Positions 34,138 through 46,734 are shown, counted from the first letter of the stretch. The stretch is DNA of 64,000 nucleotides from Mobula hypostoma (GCF_963921235.1 NC_086097.1:9796001-9860000), one strand, 5' to 3'. The notes: generated by a model from the letters alone, not told the origin. A program made the numbers and translations.

Positions 34138-34795
34138 ATTTAGAGTGATTGTGCTGGGCACGTTTTGTGGGTAGAGCTCAGAGAGAAGAAGTCAGGGAGA
34201 AAAGGAAAGAAACCTGGCAGGTGATGGAAGCCAGGGGGAAAGGAGAGCAACTTGGGAGGTGATGGAAGCCAGGGATAAGGAGAACAACTTGGGAAACAGA
34301 ATGGAAAATTCTATTGAACTGAAGAGAACTGAAATTGAAAACAAGGAAGGGAGAAGGCTGATTGAATCACCTAGAGACCAGGAAAGGAGGAAGAGGTGGG
34401 ACAGCAAGTTAGTAGGTGGGCCCAGTTACCTGAGGTTGGGTGGTTAGGGCGAAGGGGAATTGGAGTTCATAGCCTTAAGGATAGCTCAGTTTGTTTTTGG
34501 TTTAAGCTGCCATACAGTGAAAATACAAGATTGCTGTGACTTTTTGGATCAGGAATAAGAGTTACAGCGAGGTTAAATGTGACTATCAGTTTACCATACA
34601 TGCAGAAAAGATGTTAATGACCTTGTGTCAGATGTTGCAATCCTTAGGTGGGTCAGGCTGGAACACACTTGCTACTTGGAAATGTATAAAACTACTTCAT
34701 AAGTAAATCATCATCATCACCATGCATAAAAGCTACATTAGAGCACCATCTATAAAGTGTAGGTGGTATTGCAGGTAAAGGACAACAGACATCAC

Positions 34796-35186
34796 AGATT
34801 TTGAGAGGAGATTTGCTTGAGATATACAAAATTATGAGGGGTATAGATAGGGTAAATGCAAGCAGTCTTCTTCCACTGAGGTTGGGCGACACTACAAGCA
34901 GAGGTCATCAGTTAAGGATGAAAGGTGAAAAGTTTAAAGGGAACACAAGGGGAAACTTCTTTACGCAGAAGACCATAGGAGTGTGGAATGAGCTGCCAGC
35001 ACAAGTGGTGCATGTGAGCTTGATTTCAACATTTAAGAGAAGTTTGGGATAGGTACGTGGATGGTAGAGATATGGAGGGCTATGGTCCAGGGGCAGGTCG
35101 ATGATAGTAGGTAGATTAAGTGGTTTAGTATGGACTAAATGGGCTGAAGGGACTGTGCTGTACTTTTCTATGACTCAATGACTCTA
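34796..35186 (+). mobile_element. CR1 3' fragment
   Basis: RGDLLEIYKIMRGIDRVNA..NFFTQK..VWNELP. Confidence 0.88.
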
Positions 35187-36261
35187 TTTTACTGAAAATC
35201 AATAATCAAACTTGCAGAATCTAGAAATCAGAAAATGCAAAAAAAAAAAGACTCAAAGAAAGGAAGCATCTATAGAGAGAGAAAAAACATTAACACTGTA
35301 GGCTGGAGATAGATCCGTGATCTAAAATATTAACTCTGATCTTTTCCTATATAGTTTTCAAAAGAAATGTTGAATTAAGGATCAGAACTAGATTTATTTT
35401 CACTGACACAGGACATGAACTTTGTTGCTTTGTGGCAGCAGTAGAGTGAAAAAACATAAAATCAATAAATTAGCAAAATGGAGGTACAAAGTTCAAAGTT
35501 CAAAGAAAAGTTTATTATCAAAGAACATGTTGGTTACCATATATAACCCTGAGGTTCATTTTCTTGTGGGCATATTCATTGAAAGACCACCTAACTAGGG
35601 CATTCAACCAGAATGCAGAAAACAACAAACTGCCAATAAAGAAAGAAACAATAATAATAAATAAATAAGCAATAAATATTGAGAATATCAGATGAATAAA
35701 TAAATAGTGCATCAAACAAGAAAAATGAGGTGGTGTTCACAGACTGTTCAGAAATCTGATGGTGAGGGAGGAGAAGCTGTGCCTAAATGATTGAATATGA
35801 GTCTTCAAGCTCCTCTAACAGCTCCCTGATGCTAGTGATGAAAAGAGGGCTCATTCCAGATGGTGGGTCCTTAATGATAAATGTCGCCTTCTTGAGGCTC
35901 CGCCTCTTGAAGATATTATCCATGGTGGGGAGGGTTGCGCCTGTATTGATAGCCATTTACGCTGTTACACTGTTACCTTATAGAAATTCATGGCACTTAG
36001 CGCCTGCCACGGCTGTAACGCATTTGATTCTGTTTCTAGCTACACTTAATATTAGAAAATAGTCCACACCCTTATTCTTTCTACCAAGGTGCATGACCAT
36101 ACACTTCCTTACACTGAAAAAAGCATGAGCAGTATGGGAAAAAGAGATGGGAATTGAGACAAATTAAATTTTATACCAATATATAGCACAGGAATGATAT
36201 TCCACATGCTCTCCTTTTGCCTTGTTAGATTCTGTGATTCAGTTATATAAATCTACCCTCA

Positions 36262-36699
36262 CAGTTCTGTAAAAAAGTCTTAGGCACAGGTAAAATAGTT
36301 CTGTAAAAAAGTCTTAGGCACAGGTAAAATAATTCTGTAAAGTGAGGATGCTTTCAAAGTAATGAAATGAAAAGCTTCTAAATATCATAACATTACTATA
36401 CAGTGCAGTAAACAGTAAAAATCTAAATCTAATCAGGATTTGGCGTGACCAACCTCTGTCTTCAAAACAGTATCAATTTTGTTAGGTATAGTTTTGTGCA
36501 GTTTTATAAGAAAATAGGCTGACAGCATCTTGGAGAACTTGCCGTAGCTCATGTGCAGACTTTGGCTGTCTCACTTGCTTCCGTCTCTCTACGTAATCCC
36601 AAACAGCCGTGATAAAGTTGAGATCAGAGCTTTGTGGAGGTCCTACCATCTGAAACCAGACAAAAAAACTAATGTGCCTTAGACTTTTGTACAGCACTG
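36262..36699 (-). mobile_element. Internally deleted Tc1-like DNA transposon
   Basis: 27-bp TIRs CAGT(T/G)CTGTA(A/C)AAAAGTCT(T/A)AGGCACA with TA on the right flank. Minus-strand PPQSSDLNFITAVWDYVER matches the Tc1 WPPQSPDLNPIE motif. Confidence 0.88.
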
Positions 36700-36899
36700 T
36701 ATACCCATATACGCTTCAGTACTACTAATAATATTGGCAAGGTGTTATTAACTTGTTATGGGATTGTAATAAAGGTGCTTTCAAAATCAGCTAATTTATA
36801 GAGTATAACAGGTATACCTGTAAATTCAGTTGCAGTCAGTCAGTAGTAATAAAAGGTTAAGATTATGAAGTTCGTAAATTGTACTTTGGTCCTGAAGAT

Positions 36900-37140
36900 C
36901 GGGACACCATTGTTTGGAGTCCAATTCCAGTAGTATCTGTAAAGAGTTTTTACGTACTCCCTGAGAACACGTGGGCTTCCCCCAGGTGCTTCAATTTCCA
37001 TCCACAGTCCAAAGATGTACAAGTTAGTCGATTAATTGGTCATTGTTAATTATCCTGTGAGTAAGATAGGGTTAAACAGGTGGGCTGCTGGACGGGCGGT
37101 TAGGCCAAAGGGCTGTTCCACACTGTATCTCTAAATAAAA
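36900..37140 (+). mobile_element. HE1-like V-SINE
   Basis: V-domain GGGCTTCCCCCAGGTGCTTCAATTTCCATCCACAGTCCAAAGA. Confidence 0.75.
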
Positions 37141-37574
37141 TACTATATTTCAGTGGATGAATTTCTATTTATTAAAGTACAAGAAATTGCACAAATGCAT
37201 TAAGCAAGAAATCAAACCAATAGTATAGTAGTGGGTGGCGGGGTGGGGATACGTCTTTATTAAAGGAAGTGTAAGGCACTCTTTCCCTCTACTAACCTGC
37301 AGGTCACCTTTGGGCAAGGTATAGCACCTGCTTAGCCCACCCCTCCTATCAGGTTTATGTGAAGCAATGCGAGCAGTGGTGGGTGAACAGCTGGTGCGTA
37401 TCACAAGTATCACAAGTCCTGGTTATGCGATGACTGATGGCAGGCAGACAAACTCTGAAGAGTATTGATAATGGCTGGGGTGATCTGACTTATAAAGACA
37501 CTGTCCAGGAGAAGGCAATGGCAAACCACTTCTGGACACAAACAAAATAATGGTCATGGAAGCTCTATTTCTAT

Positions 37575-38328
37575 CTTTAATATCTCTATTTTTTTCCTTT
37601 CAGGGATCCTTTGAAGACCCTGACCTGGAGCTACATGCTGACTTTGTTGCTTTACGGGAATGGGACCAGCTCTCAGGGTCTCACCACTGGCTGCTAAATT
37701 GGTATACCAAAGACGCAGCCTAGAAGACTAGAACACCTTTGGGGTTATGGGATTTTGTGGCTCTGGAGACGGGCAGACTCATGTTCGGTGCCTCTGCAGG
37801 AAATTGGTGTGTTATGGGAGATGGAAGATCGAAAGCAGCAAGCTGGCTGCTGGCTGTGTGCCCAGAGACCCGAGTTCTTCGGGCACAGAGCTCAGAAAAA
37901 AACGATGCAACAAACTTTTAACATTGCAAATCAGTGAGTTGTTTGTTATGTCTCCCCTCTCACTGTGAAACGGAGACACCTCTTAGGGAGAGAGAGAGAG
38001 AGCCTGTGGTATGTCAAATTACCGGATGAACGAGTCGCCTTTGGGGTACTGCAAGTCTGTGTCTTTATTAATGCTTTGCTGCACGCTTGAGTGCTCAGTG
38101 GAGGGTGCTGATGCTTTTTTTGCTGGTGGGGAAGGGGGGGGTCGTTGTCTTGCTGCTGTTTGTGTGTGGGGGGGAGTGGGGGAGGTGCTTTGGGCTTCTA
38201 ACAGTTAACTGTCATTCATTCTTTGGGCCACTCCTCTGTTTTCAGGGATGGTTGCGAAGAAAAAGAATTTCAGGATGTATATTGTATATATTTCTCTGAC
38301 ATAAAATATACCTTTGAAACCTTTGAAA
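37575..38328 (+). mobile_element. Unclassified ~750-bp non-autonomous retroposon with (CCTTTGAAA)n tail
   Basis: A homologous antisense copy at ~60050-60870 is inserted within a CR1. No coding homology recognised. Confidence 0.65.
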
Positions 38329-38831
38329 GACCATAATCGCCCATGTCAAAAGGCATGACACATAACAAACAAAGCACAGCCAGAGAATATTTCTGAGGAA
38401 GAAATCAAGCAAAATTGTGAATCCTTTTCCATTTGCATAGAGACCATCTGTCACCACATTATACATTAAAAGGCAATTTTGCTGCTTAACAATGTGGCAT
38501 CTTTATCTATTGGCCAATAAAAATATCCTTGGAACCATCCTTGGAGATGCCATATCGAGCACAAAATGAATCATTTGAATCAAATAATCCAAGCTTGCAA
38601 TCTCTGAAGAGTATTGGTAATGGATGGGTTCACCCACCTTGTAAAGTCCCTGCCAAGACGAAGGCACTTCTGTGGAAAAATTTGCCAAAAACAATCATGG
38701 TCATGGAGAGACCATGACCTCCCAGGCCATGCGACACGGCAAATAACGATGATGATGATGACCGGATGATCAAAATAAATGACACTATACCTGCAATGCA
38801 ACACGTATTTGCTTTCTGAGTAATTCATAGA

Positions 38832-39161
38832 ATTGAAAATGAGCAGATCTTCATGGGCCACAGTTTGAGGATAGAGGGGAAGCCTTTTAGGACCGAGATT
38901 AGGAAAACCTTCTTCACACAGAGAGTGGTGAATCTGTGGAATTCTCTGCCACAGGAAACTGTTGAGGCCAGTTCATTGGCTATATTTAAGAGGAAGTTAG
39001 ATATGGCCCTTGTGGCTACGGGGGTCAGGGGTTATGGAGGGAAGGCTGGGGCGGGGTTCTGAGTTGGATGATCAGCCATGATCATAATAAATGGCTGTGC
39101 AGGCTCGAAGGGCTGAATGGCCTACTCCTGCACCTATTTTCTATGTTTCTATGTTTCTATG
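38832..39161 (+). mobile_element. Young CR1 3' end
   Basis: GHSLRIEGKPFRTE..VVNLWNSLP; (TTTCTATG)3 tail. Confidence 0.92.
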
Positions 39162-39364
39162 AAAACATACTGTCACATTGAATACATTTTATAAATAAAA
39201 GAAAGATATTGCATGTTTAGCCTTAAGAAAAAAAATAGAATGGAATAAATAGAAAGTGACAGTTTTCATCCAACAGTAAATGAGGAAGTCACATGGGAAA
39301 ATGTGTAAAGTTATCTACATAACTGCTGTGAAAATTTCCATTATTAGTGCAGATTCTAAAGTTA

Positions 39365-39805
39365 AGGCAAAGTTCAAAGTTCCAGTTTAAAGTTCAAGGT
39401 AAAATTTATTATTAAAGTACATATATGTCAGCTTATACAACCCTAGGATTCTTTTTCTGCAGGCATACTTAACAAATCTATAGAACAGTAACTATAAACT
39501 GTAAGCATCAGGAACTGTTAACTGTTAACAAACTATGCAAATGCAGATATGAATAAATAGCAATAAATAACGAGTATGGAATAACAATATTTTAGAGTCC
39601 TTAAATGAGTGTAGCTATCCCTTTTTCTTCAGGAGCCTGATGGTTGAGGGGTAGTAACTGTTCTTAAACCTGGTGATGTGAGTCCTGAGGCACCTGTACA
39701 TTTTGCATAATGGCAGCTGTGAGAAAAGAGTATAGCCTGGGTGGTGAGGATCTTCGGTGATGGGTGCTGTTTCTCTATAGCAAATATTAACTTCAGCAGC
39801 AGCCA
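39365..39805 (-). mobile_element. Rex1/Babar 3' fragment
   Basis: DPHHPGYTLFSQLP..THITRFKNSYYPSTIRLL. Confidence 0.8.
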
Positions 39806-39962
39806 ATCTTCAGACCTGAATATGGATTGTAGATTAAATTTAAAATGCAGGCCTGAACAACAGCTTTCTAGTGCTGCAGACACCAGTTGTTTGAAAAGAT
39901 GAAATACAAGGGCAAACTAACCAATAATATAAAACAGGGTAGTAAAAGGTTTTTCACTTATA

Positions 39963-40759
39963 TAACTACTACTACTACTACATTGACTCAGGCCTAGGGG
40001 GCCGGCATTGGGCACAATGACAGACCCTCCACTTCTCCCTCTCTCTCATCAGTGTGTTCAGTTCATTTACATTAGCCGCACCGCTGTCTTATAGGAGCAT
40101 ATAGACCATAGTCTTGGGAGGGCGCCCAGGGTTCATCCTCCTGTCTTGGGCTCCCATATGATGACTAGGCTGGCAGGTAGCTCAGGGTGGCGTAGACAGT
40201 GCCCCGCTAGTTGCGGTCTTCTCTCCTCGATTTTAGTGGTGAGCATCGGTAGGTTGTTAAAGAGCTCAACGTTCGTCATGTGCTGTTGCCAACTCACATC
40301 AAGAGCCATCCAGAGAATTCGTGTATAGCAACCATCTAGAGACTTCCGCATCGTCTTGGTGAGTGTCCACGTCTCGCATCTGTACCTGAGAATGGACTCT
40401 AAGACCGCTATAAAAATCCCCTTTTTAAGCCCTCTTGTCAGGTTTGACTTCCAGATTTCCTTCATGTCGTTCATAGCCCTCCACGCCAGCGCCTTCTGTA
40501 TCTTTATGTCCTTCCCTGAACTCATCATTCTTGACCCGAGGTACTTGTGGTCAAAGACTTTCTTAATGGTATCGTTCTCTAAGGTCTTGAGAGTACCTTC
40601 GTCGCAGTTAAACGCCATGTACTCTGTCTTTTTAGCGTTTAGGTGAAATCAAACTTTATTGCACTCAATTTCCACTTTTGTCAGCAGCTGCTGTGCTTCC
40701 TCCATCTGGTCAGAGGGCAGGACTATGTCATCTGCAAAATCAAGATCTGTGAGTGTAAC
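39963..40759 (-). mobile_element. 5'-truncated RTE-group LINE with (AGT)n tail
   Basis: LTDLDFADDIVL..LNAKKTEYM..KYLGS..ESILRYRCETWTLT..LDGCYTRIL..LAGHCLRH. Few disabling changes. Confidence 0.85.
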
Positions 40760-42560
40760 TTATATAAAGAGCAAAAGGGAGTTGAGCATTGATATTGGAC
40801 AACTGGAAAATGATGTTGGTGAGTTAGTAATGGGGACAAAGAAATGGCAGATGAACTTAATAAGTACTTTGGATGAGTCTTCACTGTGGAAGACACTAGC
40901 AGTGTGCCAGAGGTCTGTGAGTGTCAGGGAACAAGAGTGAGTCCCATTGTTATTACAATGGAAGAAGTGCGAGGTGAACTCGAAGGTCTTAAGGTGGATA
41001 AGTCACCTGGACCAGGTGAGCTACATCCCAGAGTACTGAAAGAGATTGCTGAAGAGATAACAGGTGCATTGGTCATGGTTTTTCAAGATTCACTTGATTC
41101 TGGCATGGTCTTGGAGGCCTGAAAGATTGCGAATGTTATTCCTCTCTTTAAAAAGAGAGAAAGGCAAAAAAAAAGGAAATTGTAGGCCAGTTGGGAAACT
41201 TAGTGGTTAAGAAAGTGTTGGAACCTATTATTAAGGATGATGTTATGGGGTACTTGGAGACTAATGATAAAATAAGTCAAAGTCAGCATGACTTCTGTGA
41301 AGGGAAATCTTGTCGGACAAATTTGTTAGAGTTCTTAAAGGAAGTAGCAAGCAGGGTGGTCAAATCAGAGACAGTGGGTGTTATTTTACTTGGATTTTCA
41401 AAAGACATTTGATAAGGTTCCACATATGAAGCTGCTTAACAAGATTCAATCCGATGGTGTTACAAGAAAGATACTGGCATGGATGGTGGAATGGCTGACA
41501 GGCAGGAGGCAGTGAGTGGATATAAAGAGGGACCATTCTGGTTGGCTACCAGTGACTAGTGGTGTTCCTCAGGGCTCAGTATTGGGTCCACTACTTTTCA
41601 CATTGTTTGCCAATGATTTGGATAATGGAATTGATAGCTTTGTGGCAAAGTTTGAAGGCATTACGAAGATAGTAGGTAGTACTGAGGAAGCAATGTGATT
41701 GCAGCAGGACTTAGACAAATTGGAGGAATGGACAAAAAAATGGCAGATGGAATACAGAGCTGGGAAATGTACGATAATGCATTTTGGTAAAAGGAACAAT
41801 AGTGTGAGCTATTATCTAAATGGGGAGAAGGTTCAAACATCAGAGATGCAGAGGGACTTAGGAATTCTCATCTAAGACTCCCAGAAGGTTAATTTACGGG
41901 TTGAGTCTGTGGTGAAGAAGGCAAATGCAATGTTGGCATTTATTTCAAGGGGTGTAGAATATAAAATCAAGAAGATTATGCTGAGCCTTTACAAAAAACT
42001 AGACAAGCCGCACGGAGTATTGTCAACAGTTTTGGGCCCTGTATCCCATAAAGGATGTGTTCTCATTGGACAGAGTTCAGAGGAGGTTCATGAGGATGAT
42101 TTAAGGAATGAAAGGGTTAACATATGAGTACCATCTGGCAGTCTTGAGCCTGTACTCACTGGAATTTACAAGAATGCATGGGGATCTCATTGAAACCTAC
42201 CGAATGTTAAATGGACTAGATAAGGTGGTTGTGGAGAGAATGTTTCCTGTGGTGGGGGTATCCAGAACTAAAGGGCACAGCCTCAAAATCGAGGGGCGAC
42301 CTTTTAGAATAGAGGTAAGGAAGAATTTTTTTTAGCCAGAGAGTAGTGAATCTGTGGAATGCTCTGCCACAGACTGTGGAGGCCAAGTCTGTATATATGT
42401 TTAAGGTGGAAGTTGATAGTTTCCTGATCGGTCCAGTGATCAGGATATGGCGAGGAGGTAGGTAGATAGGGTTGAGTGAGATCCAGGATCAGCGTGACGG
42501 AATGCAGAACAGACTCGATGGGCTGAATGGCCTAATTCTGCTCTTATGTCTTATGGTCTA
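40760..42560 (+). mobile_element. 5'-truncated CR1 LINE (RT), degenerate
   Basis: KSPGPGELHPRVLKE, SQHDFCEGKSC.TNLLEF, GVPQGSVLGPLLF; tail TCTTATGTCTTATGGTCT. Confidence 0.92.
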
Positions 42561-42756
42561 AAACCAAACAATAATTATTAACATTCATTCTGGATGTCTG
42601 GAGTGTGGGTGCGAAGAAGGAGGTTTGTGAAAAATATGCATAATTTAAAGGAAACATTATAACTGCAGAATTGTCCTGCGGTTACCTTTGATCTTTAGCA
42701 TATAAAAATGTCATGTAATATTGGGTCAAACAAGCCTCTTCCTCCAAGAGTGTCTC

Positions 42757-43733
42757 ATAGTCATAGTCATAGTCACACTTTATTGATCCGGGGGGAAATT
42801 GGTTTTCGTTACAGTTGCACCATAAATAATAAATAGTAATAAAACCATAAATAGTTAAATAGTAATATGTAAATTGTGCCAGGAAATAAGTCCAGGACCA
42901 GCCTATTGGCTCAGGGTGTCTGACCCTCCAAGGGAGGAGTTGTAAAGTTTGATGGCCACAGGCAGGAATGACTTCCTATGATGCTCTGTGCTGCATCTCG
43001 ATGGAATGAGTCTCTGGCTGAATGTACTCCTGTGCCCAACCAGTACATTAAGTAGTGGATGGGAGACATTGACCAATATGGCATGCAACTTGGACAGCAT
43101 CCTCTTTTCAGACACCACCGTCAGAGAGTCCAGTTCCATCCCCACAACATCACTGGCCTTACGAATGAGTTTATTGATTCTGTTGGTATCTGCTACCCTC
43201 AGCCTGCTGCCCCAGCACACAACAGCAAACATGATAGCACTGGCCACCACAGTAGAACATCCTCAGCATCATCCGGCAGATGTTAAAGGACCTCAGTCTC
43301 CTCAGGAAATAGAGACGGCTCTGACCCTTCTTGTAGACAGCCTCAGTGTTCTTTGACCAGTCCAGTTTATTGTCAATTCGTATCCCCAGGTATTTGTAAT
43401 CCTCCACCATGTCCACACTGACCCCCTGGTTGGAAACAGGGGTCACCGGCACCTTAGCTCTCCTCAGGTCTACCACCAGCTCCTTAGTCTTTTTCACATT
43501 AAGCTGCAGATAATTTTGCTCACACCATGTGACAAAGTTTCCTACCGTAGCCCTGTACTCAGCCTCATCTCCCTTGCTGATGCATCCAACTATGGCAGAG
43601 TCATCAGAAAATTTCTGAAGATGACAAGACTCTGTGCAGTAGTCGAAGTCTGAGGTGTAAATGGTGAAGAGAAAGGGAGACAAGGCAGTCCCCTGTGGAG
43701 CCCCAGTGCTGCTGATCACTCTGTCGGACACAC
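42757..43733 (-). mobile_element. Young 5'-truncated Rex1/Babar LINE
   Basis: GAPQGTALSPFLF, KFSDDSAIVG, YKYLG; (GACTAT)n tail. Near-identical to 51217-52505 except for a 5-bp deletion at ~43252. Confidence 0.93.
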
Positions 43734-45199
43734 TTGTAATACATTTTGGTGAATAAAATACTTCTGTATCTGCTGGTGACTTTGTTAATATTACAACACC
43801 TGGCACTAGCAGATTATAGCGATTCAGTTCAATTGAATTCAAGACTATTTGTCATTAAACCATATATGAATACTCATGTACACAGCCAAACGAAACAACG
43901 TTACTTTAGGGTCAACGTGTAAAACAGTACCAGCAGTCACAAGCTGCACAAAGCACACATAAGATAGCAAGCTCAAATGGTGTGACAACTAAGCAATGAA
44001 AGAGTCAGAACCATCAATCCACAGTCAACCACAATGCAGCCTGTCTCCCCCAGCCTCACCGCCCCCTGCTGATGTAACTTCGGCAAGTAGCATCGCATTG
44101 AAAAGCAGCAAGCAAATGCAATCTTGATAATGATTGCCGCTAAATTACATTTAAGTGGCAACAGATGGCAACAAATTTTGAACTTTGGGCAAGCTAAGTG
44201 AATAATAACATTCAGATAAGTAAATTTTAAAAATGGTGCACTATAAATCGACGTTCACTATCAGTAAATGTCTTGTTGTACAAGACAAGTAGGCAGCTGA
44301 TGCCATCTCAGTATTATATTTGCTGTTTAATAAAATCAGCTAATTTTCTTTTCTTCCTTGCAAATGCTTGATTAGTCCTTCACTTCCTTAGTTGTTTCTT
44401 TAATGAAACATGATAAATGGATGTAGCCGACCATGTTTCAACTTGTACAGTCCCTGCAAAGAGATGAGTGTATCACTGCCAGGATGTGATCTGGGACAAG
44501 GGTAATTATTCAGGGATAAGTGGCAAGTCAGTACATCATACAATGCTCCACAGAGACAGATGTATCCCTTTTTTCTGTTTTTTTTTTCTCACAGATTAAG
44601 TATTCCATCTATAAATGTAAAAAGATAAAAGTAATTTTATCATTGGCAAACAGGAGACAGGATTACTTTGATTTGAAGAGAAAGCGTAATAGGTACATGT
44701 CATATGAATGATGAATGGTGCGTCTCAGGACTGTGCTCATATTGACAGTGGGTCGTCATGAGGCAGTCATGTTTAATCTATTTCATTGGCATAACATAGA
44801 CATCTAAAAGTAGGTGGCTTAGAGCAATGTCTCCTCAAGAACAGTTGGTTTGTGAGGATGCTCTTAATTTTAATTGCACAACAACTTGCGTGCAAAGATT
44901 TTAATGCATTTTAATGAAAAAAGCTAGATTAAATGAATGAGACATCAGTGGTGCTCTACTAATTAGATCCAGCTAGTCATTCAAAGAAAATAAGCTCTGT
45001 GTTCACATTCTGGTCATTATCAGGATGTTCATGATGCATGTTGAACACAGCAATCTGAAGTTTAAATTCGACCTTGAATATTCTAGGTTTTTTTTTGGTC
45101 TGGACTCTATAAGGGCACAAAGCACTATTTATATAATTACAACAATTTTCATTCCTTTTAACATTTTTGTCCAGAATGTGCACACGAGCATTGTCCAAT

Positions 45200-45670
45200 G
45201 AGGAATTTCAAGTTTCTGGGTGTCAATATCTCTGAGGATCTATCCAAGCCCCATCGTATCCATACAGCTTCAAAGAAGCTGTGACAGTGGCTTTGCTTCG
45301 TTCAGAGTTTGAGGAAATTTGAACGTGCTGTAGAGAGCATTCTGACTGACTGCATCAGAGTCTGGAATTGGGGTGGGCCGCTACAGCACAGGATTGAAAT
45401 AAGCTGCAGAGAATTGTAAACTTAGTCAGCTCCGCCATGGCAGACATACAGCTCCTCTGTAGTATCCTGGACATCTTCAAGGAGCGATGCCTCAGAAAGG
45501 CGCTGTCCATTATTAAGGATGTCCATCACCCAGGCATGCCTTGTCCTCATTGCTACCATCAGGAAGGAGGTACAGAAGCGTGAAGGCACGAACTCCATGA
45601 TTCAGGAACAACTTTTTAACCTCTGCCATCCGATTTCTGAATGGATACTGAACCCATGAATGCTATCACA
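45200..45670 (+). mobile_element. Older Rex1/Babar 3' fragment
   Basis: EFQVSGCQYL/FKFLGVNISEDL-like start; KALSIIKDVHHPG..LLPSGRRYRS. Confidence 0.75.
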
Positions 45671-45673
45671 CAA

Positions 45674-45809
45674 ACAACAGGAATTCTGCAGATGCTGGAA
45701 ATTCAAGCAACATACATCAAAGTTGCTGGTGAACGCAGCAGGCCAGGCAGCATCTCTAGGAAGAGGCGCAGTCGACGTTTCAGGCCGAGACCCTTCGTCA
45801 GGACTACAC
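45674..45809 (-). mobile_element. Short Penelope pLTR insertion with intact minimal hammerhead (45769-45806)
   Basis: Minus: TAGTC-CTGACGA-AGGGTCTCGGCCT-GAAA-CGTC^GACTG. TSD ATG(C/A)TATCACACAA at 45660-45673 and 45810-45823. Confidence 0.88.
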
Positions 45810-45971
45810 ATGATATCACACAACTTTTTTAACACTCCAGAATGCATGATCGACTTTGCTAAAATCTAATTATTTTACTCCACACCTTTGAAAGCTGTGC
45901 TGAACCTATGGAACTTGGGACAATTTGCTTTTCTAGCTGCTACAGATAATGTAGCAGTCTCTTGTAGTATG

Positions 45972-46207
45972 TGTTGTAATTTCAAAACATTAAACTAATT
46001 CAAAGAATAACGCAGGGTGTCCGGGAACACAGGTCCAGTTCGGGTTTACTTTAAGAGAGGTGCACATGTATCAAATGGTAACATGATGACGTATGCAATT
46101 AATGTATTTTTACATTTAACTCATAATTAATTATTTAAACAAACAAGAATGCTTAATGAAACTATATAAGATTACTCAAATATTATTGAAATATTGAATA
46201 TACAACA
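45972..46207 (-). mobile_element. Short solo LTR (236 bp)
   Basis: Perfect 7-bp inverted termini TGTTGTA...TACAACA. No clear TSD; strand is inferred only from an AGTAAA-like signal. Confidence 0.6.
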
Positions 46208-46734
46208 TCTTAATTCAATCAATTGGCTGAAAAGATATATTTAGGGAAACAACCCTACCTACCCTGCTGACGGTGTGTTTCACCAATAGTTCCATTAACT
46301 GGGACTGGTGTACCAATTACAGACAGCCTCAGGCAGTTCTTATAACAGGCAAGACTGGCAGGAAAGCTACCCAAGCGTGGGTTGATACTCATATTAAGAT
46401 GAGTGCATACTTTGACAGTATTTCCATAGCCAAGTTAATAATAGACAACAAACATTGGCAAGTTCACTCTGGGCAAATACAAACAGGATTTCCTCTTCCT
46501 GGTGACTGGGTTCAAGATGGAAAGGCTGTGAAAGACTACTTGTTCGCAATTGCAGTAGCAATATTTCAATATCAGGAATTGCACGAAGGGACATAGCTGT
46601 CATAGCAAAATGCAATAAATGGTGGCGTGGTAGTTCAGCAGCTAAGTTCAAAGTTCAAAGTATATTTAATAGTAAAATTTGTACACTATATACAGCCTTG
46701 AGATTCGTTTCCTCACAGGCAATTGCAAAACAGT

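Noticed and set aside
36263..36330. Direct repeats suggestive of CRISPR
   Set aside because: No spacer, eukaryotic context; it is a duplicated Tc1 TIR.
44595..44692. Strong polypyrimidine/CAG acceptor followed by a short open frame
   Set aside because: Weak donor, AT-rich unrecognised peptide; the T-run explains the acceptor.
45936..45957. Short perfect hairpin CTGCTACA/TGTAGCAG
   Set aside because: Too short to be significant in 64 kb.
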